A stretch of DNA of 32,000 nt, taken from Dickeya dadantii NCPPB 898 (GTDB lineage: Bacteria > Pseudomonadota > Gammaproteobacteria > Enterobacterales > Enterobacteriaceae). Position numbers and translations under genes: made by a program. The first letter of the stretch is position 1, and each line of letters opens with the position of its first letter. Positions 1-11,402 of the stretch are shown here, piece after piece. Location of the stretch: NCBI RefSeq assembly GCF_000406145.1, contig NZ_CM001976.1, forward strand, positions 2,555,397-2,587,396. The letters are read 5' to 3'. The notes beneath the pieces were generated by a model. The model was not told the DNA's origin, searched no databases, and worked only from the letters and a program-made list of their open reading frames with translations.

Positions 1-2215
1 TTACGCCAACTAACTGATTTGCGCCAACTTTCTTGCACTCAGCCAAAACGTCGCCCGCTGGCACGCTTTCAGCCACCACCACAGCAATATCACGGCGATT
101 CGCCGGGAAACGGGAAATGTCCGCCGCCTCAGGCACCACGCGCTCGGCAAGCTTGTCCCACAGTACTTCAAACACCACGGTGCGCCCGTTAAGATCCAGC
201 TTGCGCTCCAGCTCCGGGTGAATCACACCGATATAACCGATGCGCTCGCCAGCCAGATAAATGGCCGCGGTCTGTCCCGGATGCAGCGCCGGATGACTCT
301 CAGCCCGGAACTCAAGTACAGACAGTTTCCCGGTCAATGCCAATACGGCTTCCAAATCGCCTTTCAAATCATAGAAGTCAACCGCCTGACGCGCCAGATC
401 CCAGTGTTCCTCGTACCGGGTGCCGGTAATCACGCCAGCCAGCATGGTTTCCTGACGCACACCCAAATCCGCGCGCTGATCCGGAACAAAGCGCAGGCCG
501 CTCTCAAACAGGCGCAGCCGGCTTTGCTGGCGGTTCTGGTTGTACACCACCGCACCCAGCAGACCGCTCCACAGCGACAGGCGCATCGCGGACATTTCCA
601 CCGAAATCGGACTCGGCAGAATCAGCGCATCTTCACCGGGGTGAATCAACGACTGGATTTTGGGATCGACGAAGCTGTAGGTAATCGCTTCCTGAAAGCC
701 GTGATCGACCAGCAGGGTTTTCACACGCTTAAGCGCCAGATCCGCCTCGCGATGTTGCGTCATCTTCAGCGGCGCCTGAGTAGGAATATTCGGAATGTTG
801 TTGTAGCCGTAAACACGCGCCACTTCTTCCACCAAATCTTCCTCAATCGCCATATCGAAACGCCAGCTCGGCGCCACCGCCTGCCAGCCATCGGCTGTCT
901 GGGTTACCTGGCAACCCAGACGATTCAGAATATCGCTGACTTTCTCATCGGAAATCACATGCCCGATCAAACGATCCAGCTTGTCGCGACGCAGTGCGAT
1001 GGTGGCGCGTACCGGCAGGTCTTTCTCGCTGACCGCCTCCACCACTGGGCCGGCTTCACCGCCGCAGATATCCAGCAGCAGGCGGGTTGCACGCTCCATC
1101 GCCTGATGCTGCAAGGCCGGGTCCACGCCGCGCTCATAGCGGTGCGACGCATCAGTATGCAGGCCGTAACGGCGCGCGCGCCCGGTGATCGACAGCGGAT
1201 TAAAGTAAGCGCACTCCAGCAGCACATCCTGCGTTTCGCCGTTCACGCCGGAATGTTCTCCGCCGAAGATGCCGCCCATAGCTAGCGCTTTTTGATGATC
1301 GGCAATCACCAGCGTGTCGGCGCTCAGGGTAGCGTCGGTGCCGTCCAGCAGACGCAGGGTTTCCCCTTCTTTTGCCATACGCACCACGATACCGCCTTCC
1401 AGACGGTTAAGATCGAACGCATGCATCGGCTGCCCCAGCTCCAGCAATACGTAGTTGGTGACATCCACCACCGGGTCGATAGAGCGAATACCGCAGCGAC
1501 GCAGTTTTTCGCGCATCCACAGCGGCGTGGCGGCCTTAACGTTGATCCCCTTGACCACTCGGCCCAGATAACGCGGGCACGCCTCGGTCGCGTCCACCTG
1601 AATCGGGAAACGATCGGCGATGGTCGCGGTCACCGGTTCAGTCGTCGGCGCAGTCAGCGCCAGTTCATTCAGCACCGCGACGTCACGCGCCACGCCCAGA
1701 ATCCCCAGGCAGTCAGCACGGTTCGGGGTCACGCTGATTTCGATGGTATTGTCATCCAGCTTCAGGTACTCGCGGATGTCGGTGCCGAGCGGCGCGTCAG
1801 CCGGCAATTCGATAATGCCGCTGTGATCGTCGGAGATCCCCAGTTCGGAGAAGGAGCACAGCATTCCTTCAGACGGTTCGCCACGCAGCTTGGCCGCCTT
1901 GATTTTGAAATCGCCCGGCAAAACGGCACCCACGGTAGCCACCGCTACTTTGAGGCCCTGACGGCAGTTAGGCGCGCCGCAAACGATATCCAGCAGACGA
2001 TCGCCGCCGACGTTGACTTTCGTCACGCGCAATTTGTCCGCGTTCGGATGCTGTGCGCACTCCACCACTTCCCCAACGACCACGCCGTGGAACGCGCCTG
2101 CAACCGGCTCAACGCCGTCCACTTCCAGACCGGCCATGGTGATTTGTTCAGATAAGGCATCGCTGCTGATGGCTGGGTTAACCCATTCCCGTAACCAGAG
2201 TTCACTGAATTTCAT
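1..2215 (-). CDS. pheT: phenylalanine--tRNA ligase beta subunit; N-terminal ~738 codons, with the 3' end beyond the window start
   Basis: Reverse-strand ATG at 2213-2215, 15 nt after the pheS stop. My translation [71 protein letters not shown] matches the enterobacterial PheT N-terminus. No minus ORF starting at 2215 is listed in the track, consistent with no in-window stop. The + ORFs 218-1285 and 1292-2155 are antisense shadows. Confidence 0.93.
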   Translation of the reverse strand, partial: MKFSELWLREWVNPAISSDALSEQITMAGLEVDGVEPVAGAFHGVVVGEVVECAQHPNADKLRVTKVNVGGDRLLDIVCGAPNCRQGLKVAVATVGAVLPGDFKIKAAKLRGEPSEGMLCSFSELGISDDHSGIIELPADAPLGTDIREYLKLDDNTIEISVTPNRADCLGILGVARDVAVLNELALTAPTTEPVTATIADRFPIQVDATEACPRYLGRVVKGINVKAATPLWMREKLRRCGIRSIDPVVDVTNYVLLELGQPMHAFDLNRLEGGIVVRMAKEGETLRLLDGTDATLSADTLVIADHQKALAMGGIFGGEHSGVNGETQDVLLECAYFNPLSITGRARRYGLHTDASHRYERGVDPALQHQAMERATRLLLDICGGEAGPVVEAVSEKDLPVRATIALRRDKLDRLIGHVISDEKVSDILNRLGCQVTQTADGWQAVAPSWRFDMAIEEDLVEEVARVYGYNNIPNIPTQAPLKMTQHREADLALKRVKTLLVDHGFQEAITYSFVDPKIQSLIHPGEDALILPSPISVEMSAMRLSLWSGLLGAVVYNQNRQQSRLRLFESGLRFVPDQRADLGVRQETMLAGVITGTRYEEHWDLARQAVDFYDLKGDLEAVLALTGKLSVLEFRAESHPALHPGQTAAIYLAGERIGYIGVIHPELERKLDLNGRTVVFEVLWDKLAERVVPEAADISRFPANRRDIAVVVAESVPAGDVLAECKKVGANQLVGV

Positions 2216-2230
2216 GTTGATATTCCTGCC

Positions 2231-3271
<1,041 letters not shown>

Positions 3272-3320
3272 TCAGTACGCCGGACGTTAACACTACTCAC
3301 GAATTTTGGAATCGAGTCCA

Positions 3321-3348
3321 ATAAAAAAGCCTCCACAGAGGAGGCTTA
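3321..3348 (-). terminator. pheST attenuator (rho-independent terminator between pheM and pheS)
   Basis: On the minus strand: AAGCCTCC-TCTGT-GGAGGCTT followed by TTTTTT. It lies between the Phe-rich leader peptide and pheS, as in the E. coli pheST attenuator. Confidence 0.75.
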
Positions 3349-3393
3349 GGCGCTACTTTTCGTTTCTGTTCTTACGCGCAAAGCCCCCGATGT

Positions 3394-3438
3394 TCAGGCG
3401 CTAAAGTAAAAAAAGAAACGGAAAATAGCAGCGTTCAT
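3394..3438 (-). CDS. pheM: pheST operon leader peptide (Phe-rich, 14 aa)
   Basis: Reverse-strand ATG AAC GCT GCT ATT TTC CGT TTC TTT TTT TAC TTT AGC GCC TGA translates to [14 protein letters not shown]. Five of the 14 codons are Phe. E. coli PheM, from memory, is [14 protein letters not shown]. Confidence 0.85.
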   Translation of the reverse strand: [14 protein letters not shown]

Positions 3439-3450
3439 ACTTGCGTTACC

Positions 3451-3514
3451 TTAATTGTTACCTGGATAGATTGTTATTTGGATAAATTGTTGTATGGCTA
3501 ATTGTTATCTAACT
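3451..3514. repeat. four phased 15-16 bp direct repeats with core ATTGTTA
   Basis: ATTGTT occurs at 3454, 3470, 3486 and 3501 (ttaattgttacctgga / tagattgttatttgga / taaattgttgtatggc / taattgttatctaact). An inverted copy (ttgacaat) lies at about 3517-3524. The array is immediately upstream of pheM. Confidence 0.7.
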
Positions 3515-3596
3515 CGTTGACAATATACCAATTTCGCTCGTTCTGAAAGTCTTTCGTCGGCAATTGCGGAGCGTTGTCGGCTTTCACCGGCCTCAA

Positions 3597-3627
3597 AGAC
3601 GAAAAGAGGGAGACAAGCTCCCTCTTT
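3597..3627 (-). terminator. rho-independent terminator after rplT
   Basis: GAGGGAG (3606-3612) pairs with CTCCCTC (3618-3624). On the minus strand it is followed by TTTTCGTCTTT, and it sits 9 nt after the rplT stop. Confidence 0.75.
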
Positions 3628-3635
3628 CATCTGAC

Positions 3636-4010
<375 letters not shown>

Positions 4011-4035
4011 TTATTCTGAATTAAAAAAAGGTTAC

Positions 4036-4254
<219 letters not shown>

Positions 4255-4279
4255 TTAAACAATGAATCAGATAAGGCGA

Positions 4280-4310
4280 ACAAAAACCGCGCTACACGAA
4301 GGCAGCGCGG
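4280..4310 (-). terminator. terminator-like hairpin after infC, inside the rpmI leader (the region of the L20 translational operator in E. coli)
   Basis: CCGCGCT (4287-4293) pairs with AGCGCGG (4304-4310). On the minus strand the hairpin is followed by TTTTTG. A role as attenuator or operator is inferred from the E. coli infC-rpmI-rplT literature. Confidence 0.5.
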
Positions 4311-4329
4311 AACGTGTTACTTGAATGCC

Positions 4330-4872
4330 TTACTGTTTCTTCTTCGGTGCCAGCACCATAATCATCTGACGCCCTTCGATCTTACTAGGGAACGACTCAA
4401 CGACAGACAATTCATTCAGATCGTCACGAATGCGATTAAGCATTTCGATGCCGATCTGCTGGTGTGCCATTTCACGGCCGCGGAAACGCAGCGTGATTTT
4501 AGCTTTGTCACCATCTTCCAGAAAGCGAACCAGGTTGCGTAGTTTGACCTGATAGTCGCCATCATCGGTACCAGGCCGGAATTTGATTTCCTTGACCTGA
4601 ATAACTTTTTGTTTCTTCTTCTGTTCTTTAGTGGCCTTACTCTTCTCATAGAGGAACTTGCCGTAATCCATGATTCGGCAAACCGGCGGCTCGGCGTTCG
4701 GGCTGATTTCAACTAAATCAACACCTGCTTCCTCAGCTTTCTCTAACGCTTCATTCAGGCTGACAATACCAAGCTGTTCGCCATCAACGCCCGTCAGACG
4801 TACCTCTTGTGCGCGAATTTCTCTGTTGATGCGATTAGGACGCGCCGGTTGAACTCGTTTTCCGCCTTTAAT
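4330..4872 (-). CDS. infC: translation initiation factor IF-3 with a non-canonical AUU start
   Basis: The track ORF (4330-4671) begins only at an internal Met. Reading upstream in frame gives ATT AAA GGC GGA AAA CGA..., translating to [73 protein letters not shown].... This equals the E. coli IF3 N-terminus, which famously uses AUU. The total is 180 aa, and the start lies 3 nt after the thrS stop. Confidence 0.93.
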   Translation of the reverse strand: MKGGKRVQPARPNRINREIRAQEVRLTGVDGEQLGIVSLNEALEKAEEAGVDLVEISPNAEPPVCRIMDYGKFLYEKSKATKEQKKKQKVIQVKEIKFRPGTDDGDYQVKLRNLVRFLEDGDKAKITLRFRGREMAHQQIGIEMLNRIRDDLNELSVVESFPSKIEGRQMIMVLAPKKKQ

Positions 4873-4875
4873 ACC

Positions 4876-6804
4876 TTATTCCTCCAACTGATGAAGACTA
4901 CGGCTGCGAATCTCTTCCTGCAGCTTCGTGATTACTTCACTGACGTCCAGACTTCCCAAGTCTTTGCCGCGGCGGGTACGGACAGCTACTTTGCCTGCCT
5001 CTACCTCTTTGTCGCCACAAACCAGCATATAGGGAACACGCCGTAAAGTGTGCTCGCGGATTTTAAAGCCAATCTTCTCATTTCTCAAGTCCGCTTTAAC
5101 GCGAATCCCAGCATCTTGCAATTTTCTTGTCAATTCGCTGACATAATCAGACTGCGTATCGGTGATATTCATCACCACAGCCTGCACCGGCGCCAACCAG
5201 GTTGGGAAGAAACCGGCAAACTCTTCGGTCAGAATCCCGATAAAACGCTCCATCGACCCCAGTATTGCCCGATGAATCATCACCGGCACCTGACGTTCGT
5301 TGTTTTCGCCGACATAGGATGCACTCAGGCGGCCCGGCAGCGAGAAGTCAAGCTGTACCGTACCACACTGCCAGGCGCGATCCAGACAGTCATGCAAAGT
5401 AAACTCGATTTTCGGACCGTAAAACGCGCCCTCACCCGGCTGATAGTCAAACGGAATGCCGTTTTCAGTCAGCGCCGCCGCCAGATCCTCTTCCGCCCGA
5501 TCCCACATGTCATCGCTGCCGATGCGTTTTTCAGGACGCGTTGACAGTTTCACCACGATTTTTTCAAAACCGAAGGTGCTGTACATGTCGTACACCATCT
5601 TGATGCAGCTATTCACTTCATCGCGCACCTGCTCTTCGGTACAGAAGATGTGGGCATCATCCTGCGTAAAACCGCGCACACGCATCAAGCCATGCAGGGA
5701 GCCTGATGGCTCGTTACGGTGACAACTGCCGAACTCCGCCATACGCAGCGGCAGATCGCGGTAAGATTTCAGTCCCTGATTGAAGATCTGTACGTGACCA
5801 GGGCAGTTCATCGGCTTGATGCAGTATTCACGGTTTTCAGACGACGTCGTGAACATGGCCTCTTTATAGTTTTCCCAGTGGCCGGTTTTTTCCCACAGCA
5901 CACGGTCCATCATGAACGGACCTTTTACTTCCTGATATTGATACTCTTTGAGCTTCATGCGCACAAAGGCTTCCAGCTCGCGGAAAATCGTCCAGCCATC
6001 GTTATGCCAGAACACCATACCCGGTGCTTCTTCCTGCATGTGATACAGGTCCAACTGCTTGCCGATTTTACGGTGGTCGCGCTTGGCGGCTTCTTCAAGA
6101 CGCTGCAGGTAAGCGCTCAGTTGTTTCTTATCTGCCCAGGCGGTACCATAAATACGCTGCAGCATTTTATTCTTGCTGTCGCCGCGCCAGTAAGCGCCCG
6201 ACGTTTTCTGCAGTTTAAAATGATGGCAGAAGCGCATGTTCGGTACGTGCGGCCCACGGCACATATCGATATATTCTTCGTGGTGATACAGCCCAGGGCG
6301 GTCATCATGGCTGATATTTTCATCCAGAATCGCCACCTTGTAGCTTTCGCCACGCGCCGCAAACGTATCACGCGCTTCCTGCCAGCTGACTTTTTTCTTG
6401 ATAACGTCGTAGTCTTTGCTCGCCAGTTCATGCATCCGCTTTTCAAGCAGGTCCAGATCTTCCTGAGTCAGGGTGCGGTCCAGATCAACGTCATAATAGA
6501 AACCGTTGTCGATAACCGGGCCAATCGCCATTTTGGTGTCCGGCCACAATTGCTTGATAGCATGACCGAGCAGGTGCGCGCAGGAATGACGAAGGATTTC
6601 TACACCATCTTCATCCTTGGCGGTAATAATGGACAACTGAGCATCAGATTCAATCAGATCGGTTGCATCGACCAGTTCGCCATTGACCCGACCGGCGATA
6701 CAGGCTTTCGCCAGACCCGGGCCGATATCCAATGCGACATCAAGAGGAGAAACGGCATGGTCATAATGACGCTGGCTGCCGTCAGGAAGCGTAATAACAG
6801 GCAT
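4876..6804 (-). CDS. thrS: threonine--tRNA ligase
   Basis: [47 protein letters not shown]... (642 aa from the ATG at 6802-6804). The 11-codon upstream extension in the track is not homologous to ThrS. Confidence 0.96.
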   Translation of the reverse strand: MPVITLPDGSQRHYDHAVSPLDVALDIGPGLAKACIAGRVNGELVDATDLIESDAQLSIITAKDEDGVEILRHSCAHLLGHAIKQLWPDTKMAIGPVIDNGFYYDVDLDRTLTQEDLDLLEKRMHELASKDYDVIKKKVSWQEARDTFAARGESYKVAILDENISHDDRPGLYHHEEYIDMCRGPHVPNMRFCHHFKLQKTSGAYWRGDSKNKMLQRIYGTAWADKKQLSAYLQRLEEAAKRDHRKIGKQLDLYHMQEEAPGMVFWHNDGWTIFRELEAFVRMKLKEYQYQEVKGPFMMDRVLWEKTGHWENYKEAMFTTSSENREYCIKPMNCPGHVQIFNQGLKSYRDLPLRMAEFGSCHRNEPSGSLHGLMRVRGFTQDDAHIFCTEEQVRDEVNSCIKMVYDMYSTFGFEKIVVKLSTRPEKRIGSDDMWDRAEEDLAAALTENGIPFDYQPGEGAFYGPKIEFTLHDCLDRAWQCGTVQLDFSLPGRLSASYVGENNERQVPVMIHRAILGSMERFIGILTEEFAGFFPTWLAPVQAVVMNITDTQSDYVSELTRKLQDAGIRVKADLRNEKIGFKIREHTLRRVPYMLVCGDKEVEAGKVAVRTRRGKDLGSLDVSEVITKLQEEIRSRSLHQLEE

Positions 6805-6826
6805 GTAAATTCCCTTATCTGCAGTG

Positions 6827-6847
6827 GTGAGCCACACGAAAGCTCAC
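6827..6847 (-). promoter_or_regulatory. candidate thrS translational operator hairpin (tRNA-Thr anticodon-arm mimic)
   Basis: On the minus strand: GTGAGC-TTTCGTGTG-GCTCAC, with the loop containing CGU (a Thr anticodon). The hairpin ends 23 nt upstream of the thrS ATG. Its position and form resemble domain 2 of the E. coli thrS operator, from memory. Confidence 0.45.
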
Positions 6848-7080
6848 GTGCAAAAGATATTTGCGTTTGATTTAGGTGGTCGGTGGAAAAGGATTTAACC
6901 CACAATTGTTAAATCAGTTCCGCCCTGTGGCATGGCGATGGTCACAGTGTGACAGTTCAACGGGATAGCGCGCCTATGCCTTAACCCGACGGCGTAGAGT
7001 AGCACCATGCTCCCGTGGATGCCACCCATCCGGTCAAAACAGGCGGCGGAAATACGAATTGGCATCATTGAGATACGGGC

Positions 7081-7104
7081 AAAGACCCGTCATTACTGCG
7101 GGTC
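7081..7104 (-). terminator. possible terminator after the yebO-like gene
   Basis: GACCCG (7084-7089) pairs with CGGGTC (7099-7104). On the minus strand it is followed only by TTTGCCC, a weak U-tract. Confidence 0.35.
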
Positions 7105-7142
7105 TCGTTGATACCCTCGGCAGCATGCCGGAAGGCGGAGAA

Positions 7143-7433
7143 TCAGCGCTCAGGAATCATGTCCTTAAACAGCGGATCAATCTCACTTTCCTTAATTTCC
7201 GGCAAGGCAACCGACTGCTCGGGAGCTGGCTCCTCCGCCTGTGTCGGCACTGGCGACAGCGCGTGCAACAGCGCGATTTGCTGTTTCTGCTGCTCGACAA
7301 TTTCATGCAAAAGCTTGATCTGCTCATTAGCCCGCACACTGGCCCGATTGATAAAGAACCAAACCAGAATTACCAGTAGCACAATCAGCGCGACAAAAAC
7401 CACTTCCAGCATGTCTGAAGCAAAACTACTCAT
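7143..7433 (-). CDS. yebO: small single-pass membrane protein, YebO-like
   Basis: 96 aa with an N-terminal TM helix ([22 protein letters not shown]) followed by a Q/E-rich coiled segment ([21 protein letters not shown]). This resembles E. coli YebO (..[35 protein letters not shown].., from memory). E. coli yebO is also a near neighbour of kdgR. Confidence 0.7.
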   Translation of the reverse strand: [96 protein letters not shown]

Positions 7434-7543
7434 GTCTAAAACCTGTTACGTAACCTGACTCAGGCGCGCATTCTAGCACTGTGCCGACAGACAATTCGAC
7501 AGTCATGCCGCGATTCATGGTGCGGAAGACCGGGTTTCACCCA

Positions 7544-7571
7544 TAAAAAAGCCTGTCACCGGGACAGGCTT
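7544..7571 (-). terminator. rho-independent terminator after kdgR
   Basis: On the minus strand: AAGCCTGTC-CCGGT-GACAGGCTT followed by TTTTTAT, about 28 nt after the kdgR stop. Confidence 0.8.
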
Positions 7572-7598
7572 GGTCAAATTGTCGCACATCTTACGATT

Positions 7599-8390
7599 TC
7601 AGAACGGATAATCGTGGTATCCCATTTGATCGGAGATATTGCGCGCCGCTGTATGCAACATGGCGACATATTCGTGTTTATTATCTTCCGAGAAACGAAT
7701 CGTCGGGAAAGAGATACTCAGGCCGGCAATCACCACGCCAAAGCGATCAAATACCGGAACCGCGATGCAACGCAGACCTTCTTCCTGCTCTTCATTGTCC
7801 TCGCCGTACCCCTGCTGACGCACCAGGTCAAGCTGAGGCAACAACTCTTCCGTACTACCGATGGTATGCACAGTGCTGCGCTTGAATTCCACCTGAGACA
7901 GAATTTCTTTGACCTCTTCGCGGTCACGCCAGGCCAGCAACACCTTGCCTATCGCCGTGCTGTGCAGTGGATTCCGACGACCGATGCGGGAATACATACG
8001 CAAATTGTACATGGAATCGATTTTATGGATGTAGACAATGCTGTCTTCATCTAACGCACCGAGGTGGATGGTTTCACGCGTTAACGCCGACAATTCGCGC
8101 ATCTGAATATCCGCACTGCGGATCAGATCAACGTTCTGCAACGCTTTGGCGCCCAGCTCGAACAATTTCAACGTCAGCGAGTATTTCTCTGATTCACCTT
8201 CCTGGGCAACATATCCCAGAGATTTCATTGTCTGCAGGAAACGATAAACAGTACTTTTAGACATCATCACGCGCTGTGAAAGTTCAGTAATGCCAATCTC
8301 ACGCTCTTCGCCTAACGCCTGCAAAATACCAAAGACCTTTAAGACAGATGACACGGAATCGGGTTGTTTATCTAAATCTGCAATAGCCAT
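7599..8390 (-). CDS. kdgR: IclR-family pectin/KDG catabolism repressor KdgR
   Basis: From the ATG at 8388-8390: MAIADLDKQPDSVSSVLKVFGILQALGEEREIGITELSQRVMMSKSTVYRFLQTMKSLGYVAQEGESEKYSLTLKLFELGA...QMGYHDYPF (263 aa). It is near-identical in pattern to E. coli KdgR. The 42-codon upstream extension in the track has no homology. Confidence 0.95.
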   Translation of the reverse strand: MAIADLDKQPDSVSSVLKVFGILQALGEEREIGITELSQRVMMSKSTVYRFLQTMKSLGYVAQEGESEKYSLTLKLFELGAKALQNVDLIRSADIQMRELSALTRETIHLGALDEDSIVYIHKIDSMYNLRMYSRIGRRNPLHSTAIGKVLLAWRDREEVKEILSQVEFKRSTVHTIGSTEELLPQLDLVRQQGYGEDNEEQEEGLRCIAVPVFDRFGVVIAGLSISFPTIRFSEDNKHEYVAMLHTAARNISDQMGYHDYPF

Positions 8391-8560
8391 TTTTGTGGTT
8401 ACCCTACTCAGTATTTTTTGTTTTAAAAAAAATAGAACACGTGTTTTAGTATAAAGGGAACGCTTTGAATATGGCAATCGGGCATTACTATAAGTGACAG
8501 ACTGATTAAATATCATCCATCACAATAGCGCTGCCGAATTAATAATCTTATTGTAAAAGC

Positions 8561-8588
8561 GAAAAAACCGTGCCCTGGCGGGCACGGT
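8561..8588 (-). terminator. rho-independent terminator after ogl
   Basis: On the minus strand: ACCGTGCCC-GCCA-GGGCACGGT followed by TTTTTTCGC, 11 nt after the ogl stop. Confidence 0.85.
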
Positions 8589-8599
8589 TGCAGGTACAG

Positions 8600-9766
8600 T
8601 TATTGCCAGACGGAATCAGGCACTTTTGCCAGATATAACGCCGGTTTACCATCGACATCAGACGTAAACAGAATGTGCTTGTCATCCGGCGTAAAGGACG
8701 GATGTGGATGAGTTACCTGACGATCGCCCTCCAGCACTTCCCAAGAGGTGTTGTGTTGAGCGACCTGGAAATGTTTCCCGGTCTTCATATTGAACACATA
8801 CAGGAACGGATCGTTTTCAATCTTGTAGCCACCGTCATCTTTCACATCCACCGGCGCATTACACCCATCTCCCACCATCAACGTACCATCGTAGTTACTC
8901 ATCAGGTGAGAACACGGCGGCATTTCAGTCAACTGACGGTTTTCCAGCGTTACCGGATCAACGCTGCAAATGAAACGGTTAGTACTGCCTTTCAGATAGG
9001 AAACGTAGGCCAGCGCAGAACCATTCGGCACCCAGAATTCGTGAGTGCAGCTTTCGCCCGGCGCATGCTCTTTTACCTTACGCATATTGGAGCCATCTTC
9101 ATTGATGAACCACATACGCGCATCAACCAGGTCATGCGGACCTTCATGGCAGAAGGCCACCGTATTATCGTCACCTGGACGGTAAATAGGATGACCCAGC
9201 CATTGGTTTTCCTTCAGAATGGTGGTGGCTTCGCCGGTTTTCAGATCGATACGAATCAAACGGCAGCATGGATTGGTAAAGTAGAATTCCTGGAATTTTT
9301 TCCAGTCGGTCAGTGGTTTCCAATCCTCTTTCTTGATCTCGATACCGACCATTTTGGTGCAGTCGGAGTTGGCAACCCAGGTACCGTACCCGACCCAGTC
9401 GTCCGGCACCTGATAAATATTGGTTTCTTCCAGTGTATTCAGGTCAACACGCATCAAATTACGAACGTTCTTTACATAATAAAGCGCGTCATCATCTGGT
9501 GACAGAAAACCACCAAAAGTATTGTCGCCGGTACCTTCGGTCAGTTGCGTCGCCTGCTGAGTTTTCAGATCCAGCAAATAGTAGTTCCACGGCCCGTCAA
9601 AGGCGCCACCAAAAAGCAGCTTGCTGCCATCATTGGAAAAACACTTCTGATAGAAGTAGTTGCGGTGGCAGATAACATCGGGAGGAGTGAGACGCACCAC
9701 TTCGGTGCCGGTGACTGAATCCTGGTAAGTATGGAACGAAAAAGAAAGCTTTTTACCTTTGGCCAT
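8600..9766 (-). CDS. ogl: oligogalacturonide lyase (PL22 family)
   Basis: 388 aa: MAKGKKLSFSFHTYQDSVTGTEVVRLTPPDVICHRNYFYQKCFSNDGSKLLFGGAFDGPWNYYLLDL.... This is the characteristic Ogl N-terminus and length, beta-propeller-like. An AAGGA Shine-Dalgarno (SD) sequence lies 7 nt upstream. ogl sits next to kdgR, as reported for soft-rot Erwinia/Dickeya. Confidence 0.92.
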   Translation of the reverse strand: MAKGKKLSFSFHTYQDSVTGTEVVRLTPPDVICHRNYFYQKCFSNDGSKLLFGGAFDGPWNYYLLDLKTQQATQLTEGTGDNTFGGFLSPDDDALYYVKNVRNLMRVDLNTLEETNIYQVPDDWVGYGTWVANSDCTKMVGIEIKKEDWKPLTDWKKFQEFYFTNPCCRLIRIDLKTGEATTILKENQWLGHPIYRPGDDNTVAFCHEGPHDLVDARMWFINEDGSNMRKVKEHAPGESCTHEFWVPNGSALAYVSYLKGSTNRFICSVDPVTLENRQLTEMPPCSHLMSNYDGTLMVGDGCNAPVDVKDDGGYKIENDPFLYVFNMKTGKHFQVAQHNTSWEVLEGDRQVTHPHPSFTPDDKHILFTSDVDGKPALYLAKVPDSVWQ

Positions 9767-9859
9767 CCGTAAATCCTTAGCGCTTATCGTGAAAAATCAG
9801 ACGCCGCCAGGTGAAAGATTACCCGTCATCCCGGCCAATCGCCTTGTTATACCGGTATT

Positions 9860-9878
9860 GTAGAAACAACGTTTCATT
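9860..9878 (-). promoter_or_regulatory. KdgR operator (box 1) in the ogl promoter
   Basis: The minus strand reads AATGAAACGTTGTTTCTAC, with palindromic core GAAAC-N3-GTTTC. It matches 16 of 19 positions of the KdgR-box consensus AATRAAAYRNYRTTTYATT (from memory) and overlaps a TACAAT -10-like hexamer about 95 nt upstream of the ogl ATG. Confidence 0.65.
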
Positions 9879-9901
9879 TTTCCGTGATCGTGGTTTTATT
9901 T

Positions 9902-9920
9902 TATAAAACATTCTTTCATT
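9902..9920 (-). promoter_or_regulatory. second KdgR-type operator (box 2) upstream of ogl
   Basis: The minus strand reads AATGAAAGAATGTTTTATA, matching 17 of 19 positions of the same consensus. It lies 42 bp upstream of box 1. Confidence 0.55.
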
Positions 9921-10004
9921 TTTCACTGACTGTTTGCGCTGACGCAAGATTATTTTGCCTGATATTGATCCAGATTCGGCAATAAGCAGCCAGACCAAAC
10001 GTCA

Positions 10005-10032
10005 GAAAAAACAAAGGCCCCGAAGGGCCTTT
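10005..10032 (-). terminator. rho-independent terminator after htpX
   Basis: On the minus strand: AAAGGCCC-TTCG-GGGCCTTT followed by GTTTTTTC, about 22 nt after the htpX stop. Confidence 0.85.
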
Positions 10033-10054
10033 GCGAATAGGACAACCACAGCGA

Positions 10055-10939
10055 TTATTTGAGGTACTCGCCTGCACGCAACGCTTCGATACGTTTGTCC
10101 AGCGGCGGGTGCGACATAAACAACTCGCTGAGGGACTTGGATTTGCCATTGATGCAGAATGCCATCATGCTGCTCGCTTCCTGCGGCTCATAGCTGGTTT
10201 TCAGCCGCTGCAATGCAGCAATCATCTTCTCACGCCCGACCAGTTTCGCTGAACCGGCATCGGCATGGAACTCACGGTAACGGGAGAACCACATGGTAAT
10301 GATGCTGGCCAGAATACCGAACACCAGTTCCAGCACCATGGAAACCGCCATGTAAACCAACGGGTTGCCATTACTGCTCTCTTCGCTGTCGTCGCGATTG
10401 CCGGAAAGAAAACCGGTAACGATTTGCGCGATGATGCGGGAAATAAAGATCACGAACGTGTTCACAACACCTTGCACCAGCGTCATCGTGACCATGTCGC
10501 CGTTAGCAATGTGGCTGATTTCGTGAGCGATAACCGCTTCGGCTTCATCACGGCTCATGTTCTGCAACAGCCCGGTGCTTACCGCCACCAGCGAACTGTC
10601 GCGGCGAGCGCCGGTCGCGAACGCATTAATATCGGGCGCATGGTAGATGGCGACCTGCGGCATGGCGATGCCCACCTGCCGAGACTGAGCGCGCACCGTG
10701 TCCAGCAGCCAGCGCTCGGTTTCGTCACGCGGTTGTTCGATCACCTCGCCGCCAACGGATCGCAACGCCATCCATTTGGACATCAGCAGCGAAATAATCG
10801 ACCCGCCGAAACCGAACAGGCCAGCCATGATAATCAAGCCCGCCATGCTGTTGTGCTGAACGCCCGTCAGACTAAGCACCAGTCCGAATACCACCATCAC
10901 CGCCAGGTTGGTGAGCAGGAAAAGCGCGATACGCATCAT
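10055..10939 (-). CDS. htpX: membrane zinc metalloprotease HtpX (heat-shock protein)
   Basis: From the ATG at 10937-10939: [26 protein letters not shown]...[19 protein letters not shown] (HEXXH)...[19 protein letters not shown] (294 aa), collinear with E. coli HtpX. Confidence 0.95.
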   Translation of the reverse strand: MMRIALFLLTNLAVMVVFGLVLSLTGVQHNSMAGLIIMAGLFGFGGSIISLLMSKWMALRSVGGEVIEQPRDETERWLLDTVRAQSRQVGIAMPQVAIYHAPDINAFATGARRDSSLVAVSTGLLQNMSRDEAEAVIAHEISHIANGDMVTMTLVQGVVNTFVIFISRIIAQIVTGFLSGNRDDSEESSNGNPLVYMAVSMVLELVFGILASIITMWFSRYREFHADAGSAKLVGREKMIAALQRLKTSYEPQEASSMMAFCINGKSKSLSELFMSHPPLDKRIEALRAGEYLK

Positions 10940-10996
10940 ATGATTCAGATTTCCTCTTTCAGCAAAAGCAACAAAAGTGTTTGCAACACCCACATC

Positions 10997-11022
10997 GTAT
11001 GGGTTACGCCGCCATTTTCAAG
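10997..11022 (-). promoter_or_regulatory. candidate sigma-32 heat-shock promoter of htpX
   Basis: The minus strand reads CTTGAAA-12 nt-CCCATAC about 60-85 nt upstream of the htpX ATG. The sigma-32 consensus is CTTGAAA-N13-15-CCCCATNT, and htpX is sigma-32-dependent in E. coli. Confidence 0.45.
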
Positions 11023-11402
11023 CACCCATAACCTTTATGTTACCAAATTAACATAACTTTACATTTTTATTGAGGAATGATCCGGGAAAAACACGGAGCG
11101 TCGCCCACACCAAGCGGACCGTTTGCAAAACAGCCAATAGCAAGGAATCTGATGTAGTTATGTTGGAAATCATGAAAGAACCTGGCATATACGCAAGTTT
11201 AGATGTAATAAAATATAATTCGCGTAATATTTTTCCTGAAATGGCGAAAAACATCAGTCAGCCTGACCTGTGGCAAAGAACCGTAGCGCAGAGGAGATGC
11301 AACCAGATCCGCTTTGCCGCATCTCGCACGAATGATTCAAAATATCGTGGTATCCATACGCATTTTCGCGGCTTAACAGATGCCAGTCACATCATAGTGA
11401 TA

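Noticed and set aside
218-2155. Long + strand ORFs (218-1285, 355 aa; 1292-2155, 287 aa; 1620-1826; 2013-2297)
   Set aside because: They are antisense to pheT, whose translation I verified from its ATG at 2215. Their products are Arg/His/Gln-rich low-complexity sequence with no recognisable family.
5050-6870. + strand ORFs 5050-5544, 5456-5722 and 5719-6870 (383 aa)
   Set aside because: They are antisense shadows of thrS, a highly conserved 642-aa product on the minus strand.
6941-6953. Palindrome GTCACAGTGTGAC upstream of thrS as a possible CRP site
   Set aside because: The half-sites are in the wrong order and spacing (TCACA-N1-TGTGA rather than TGTGA-N6-TCACA).
7434-7598. Search for mgrB between the yebO-like gene and kdgR, its E. 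coli position and relevant to PhoPQ
   Set aside because: The spacer is only 165 bp and holds the kdgR terminator. The only ORF is 13 codons (MPRFMVRKTGFHP) with no resemblance to MgrB.
8431-8450. Palindrome AATAGAACACGTGTTTTAGT upstream of kdgR as an autoregulatory KdgR box
   Set aside because: It has an even-centred dyad (GAACAC|GTGTTT) with the wrong half-site spacing and a poor match to AATRAAAYRNYRTTTYATT in either orientation.
9881-9900. CRP site between the two ogl KdgR boxes (minus strand ..ATAAAACCACGATCACGG..)
   Set aside because: Only the right half-site (TCACG) resembles the consensus, and the left half (ATAAA versus TGTGA) does not. It cannot be supported without a PWM score.
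11048-11254. 68-aa minus-strand ORF upstream of htpX
   Set aside because: It is AT-rich with no convincing SD and no recognisable family. It lies in the htpX promoter region.
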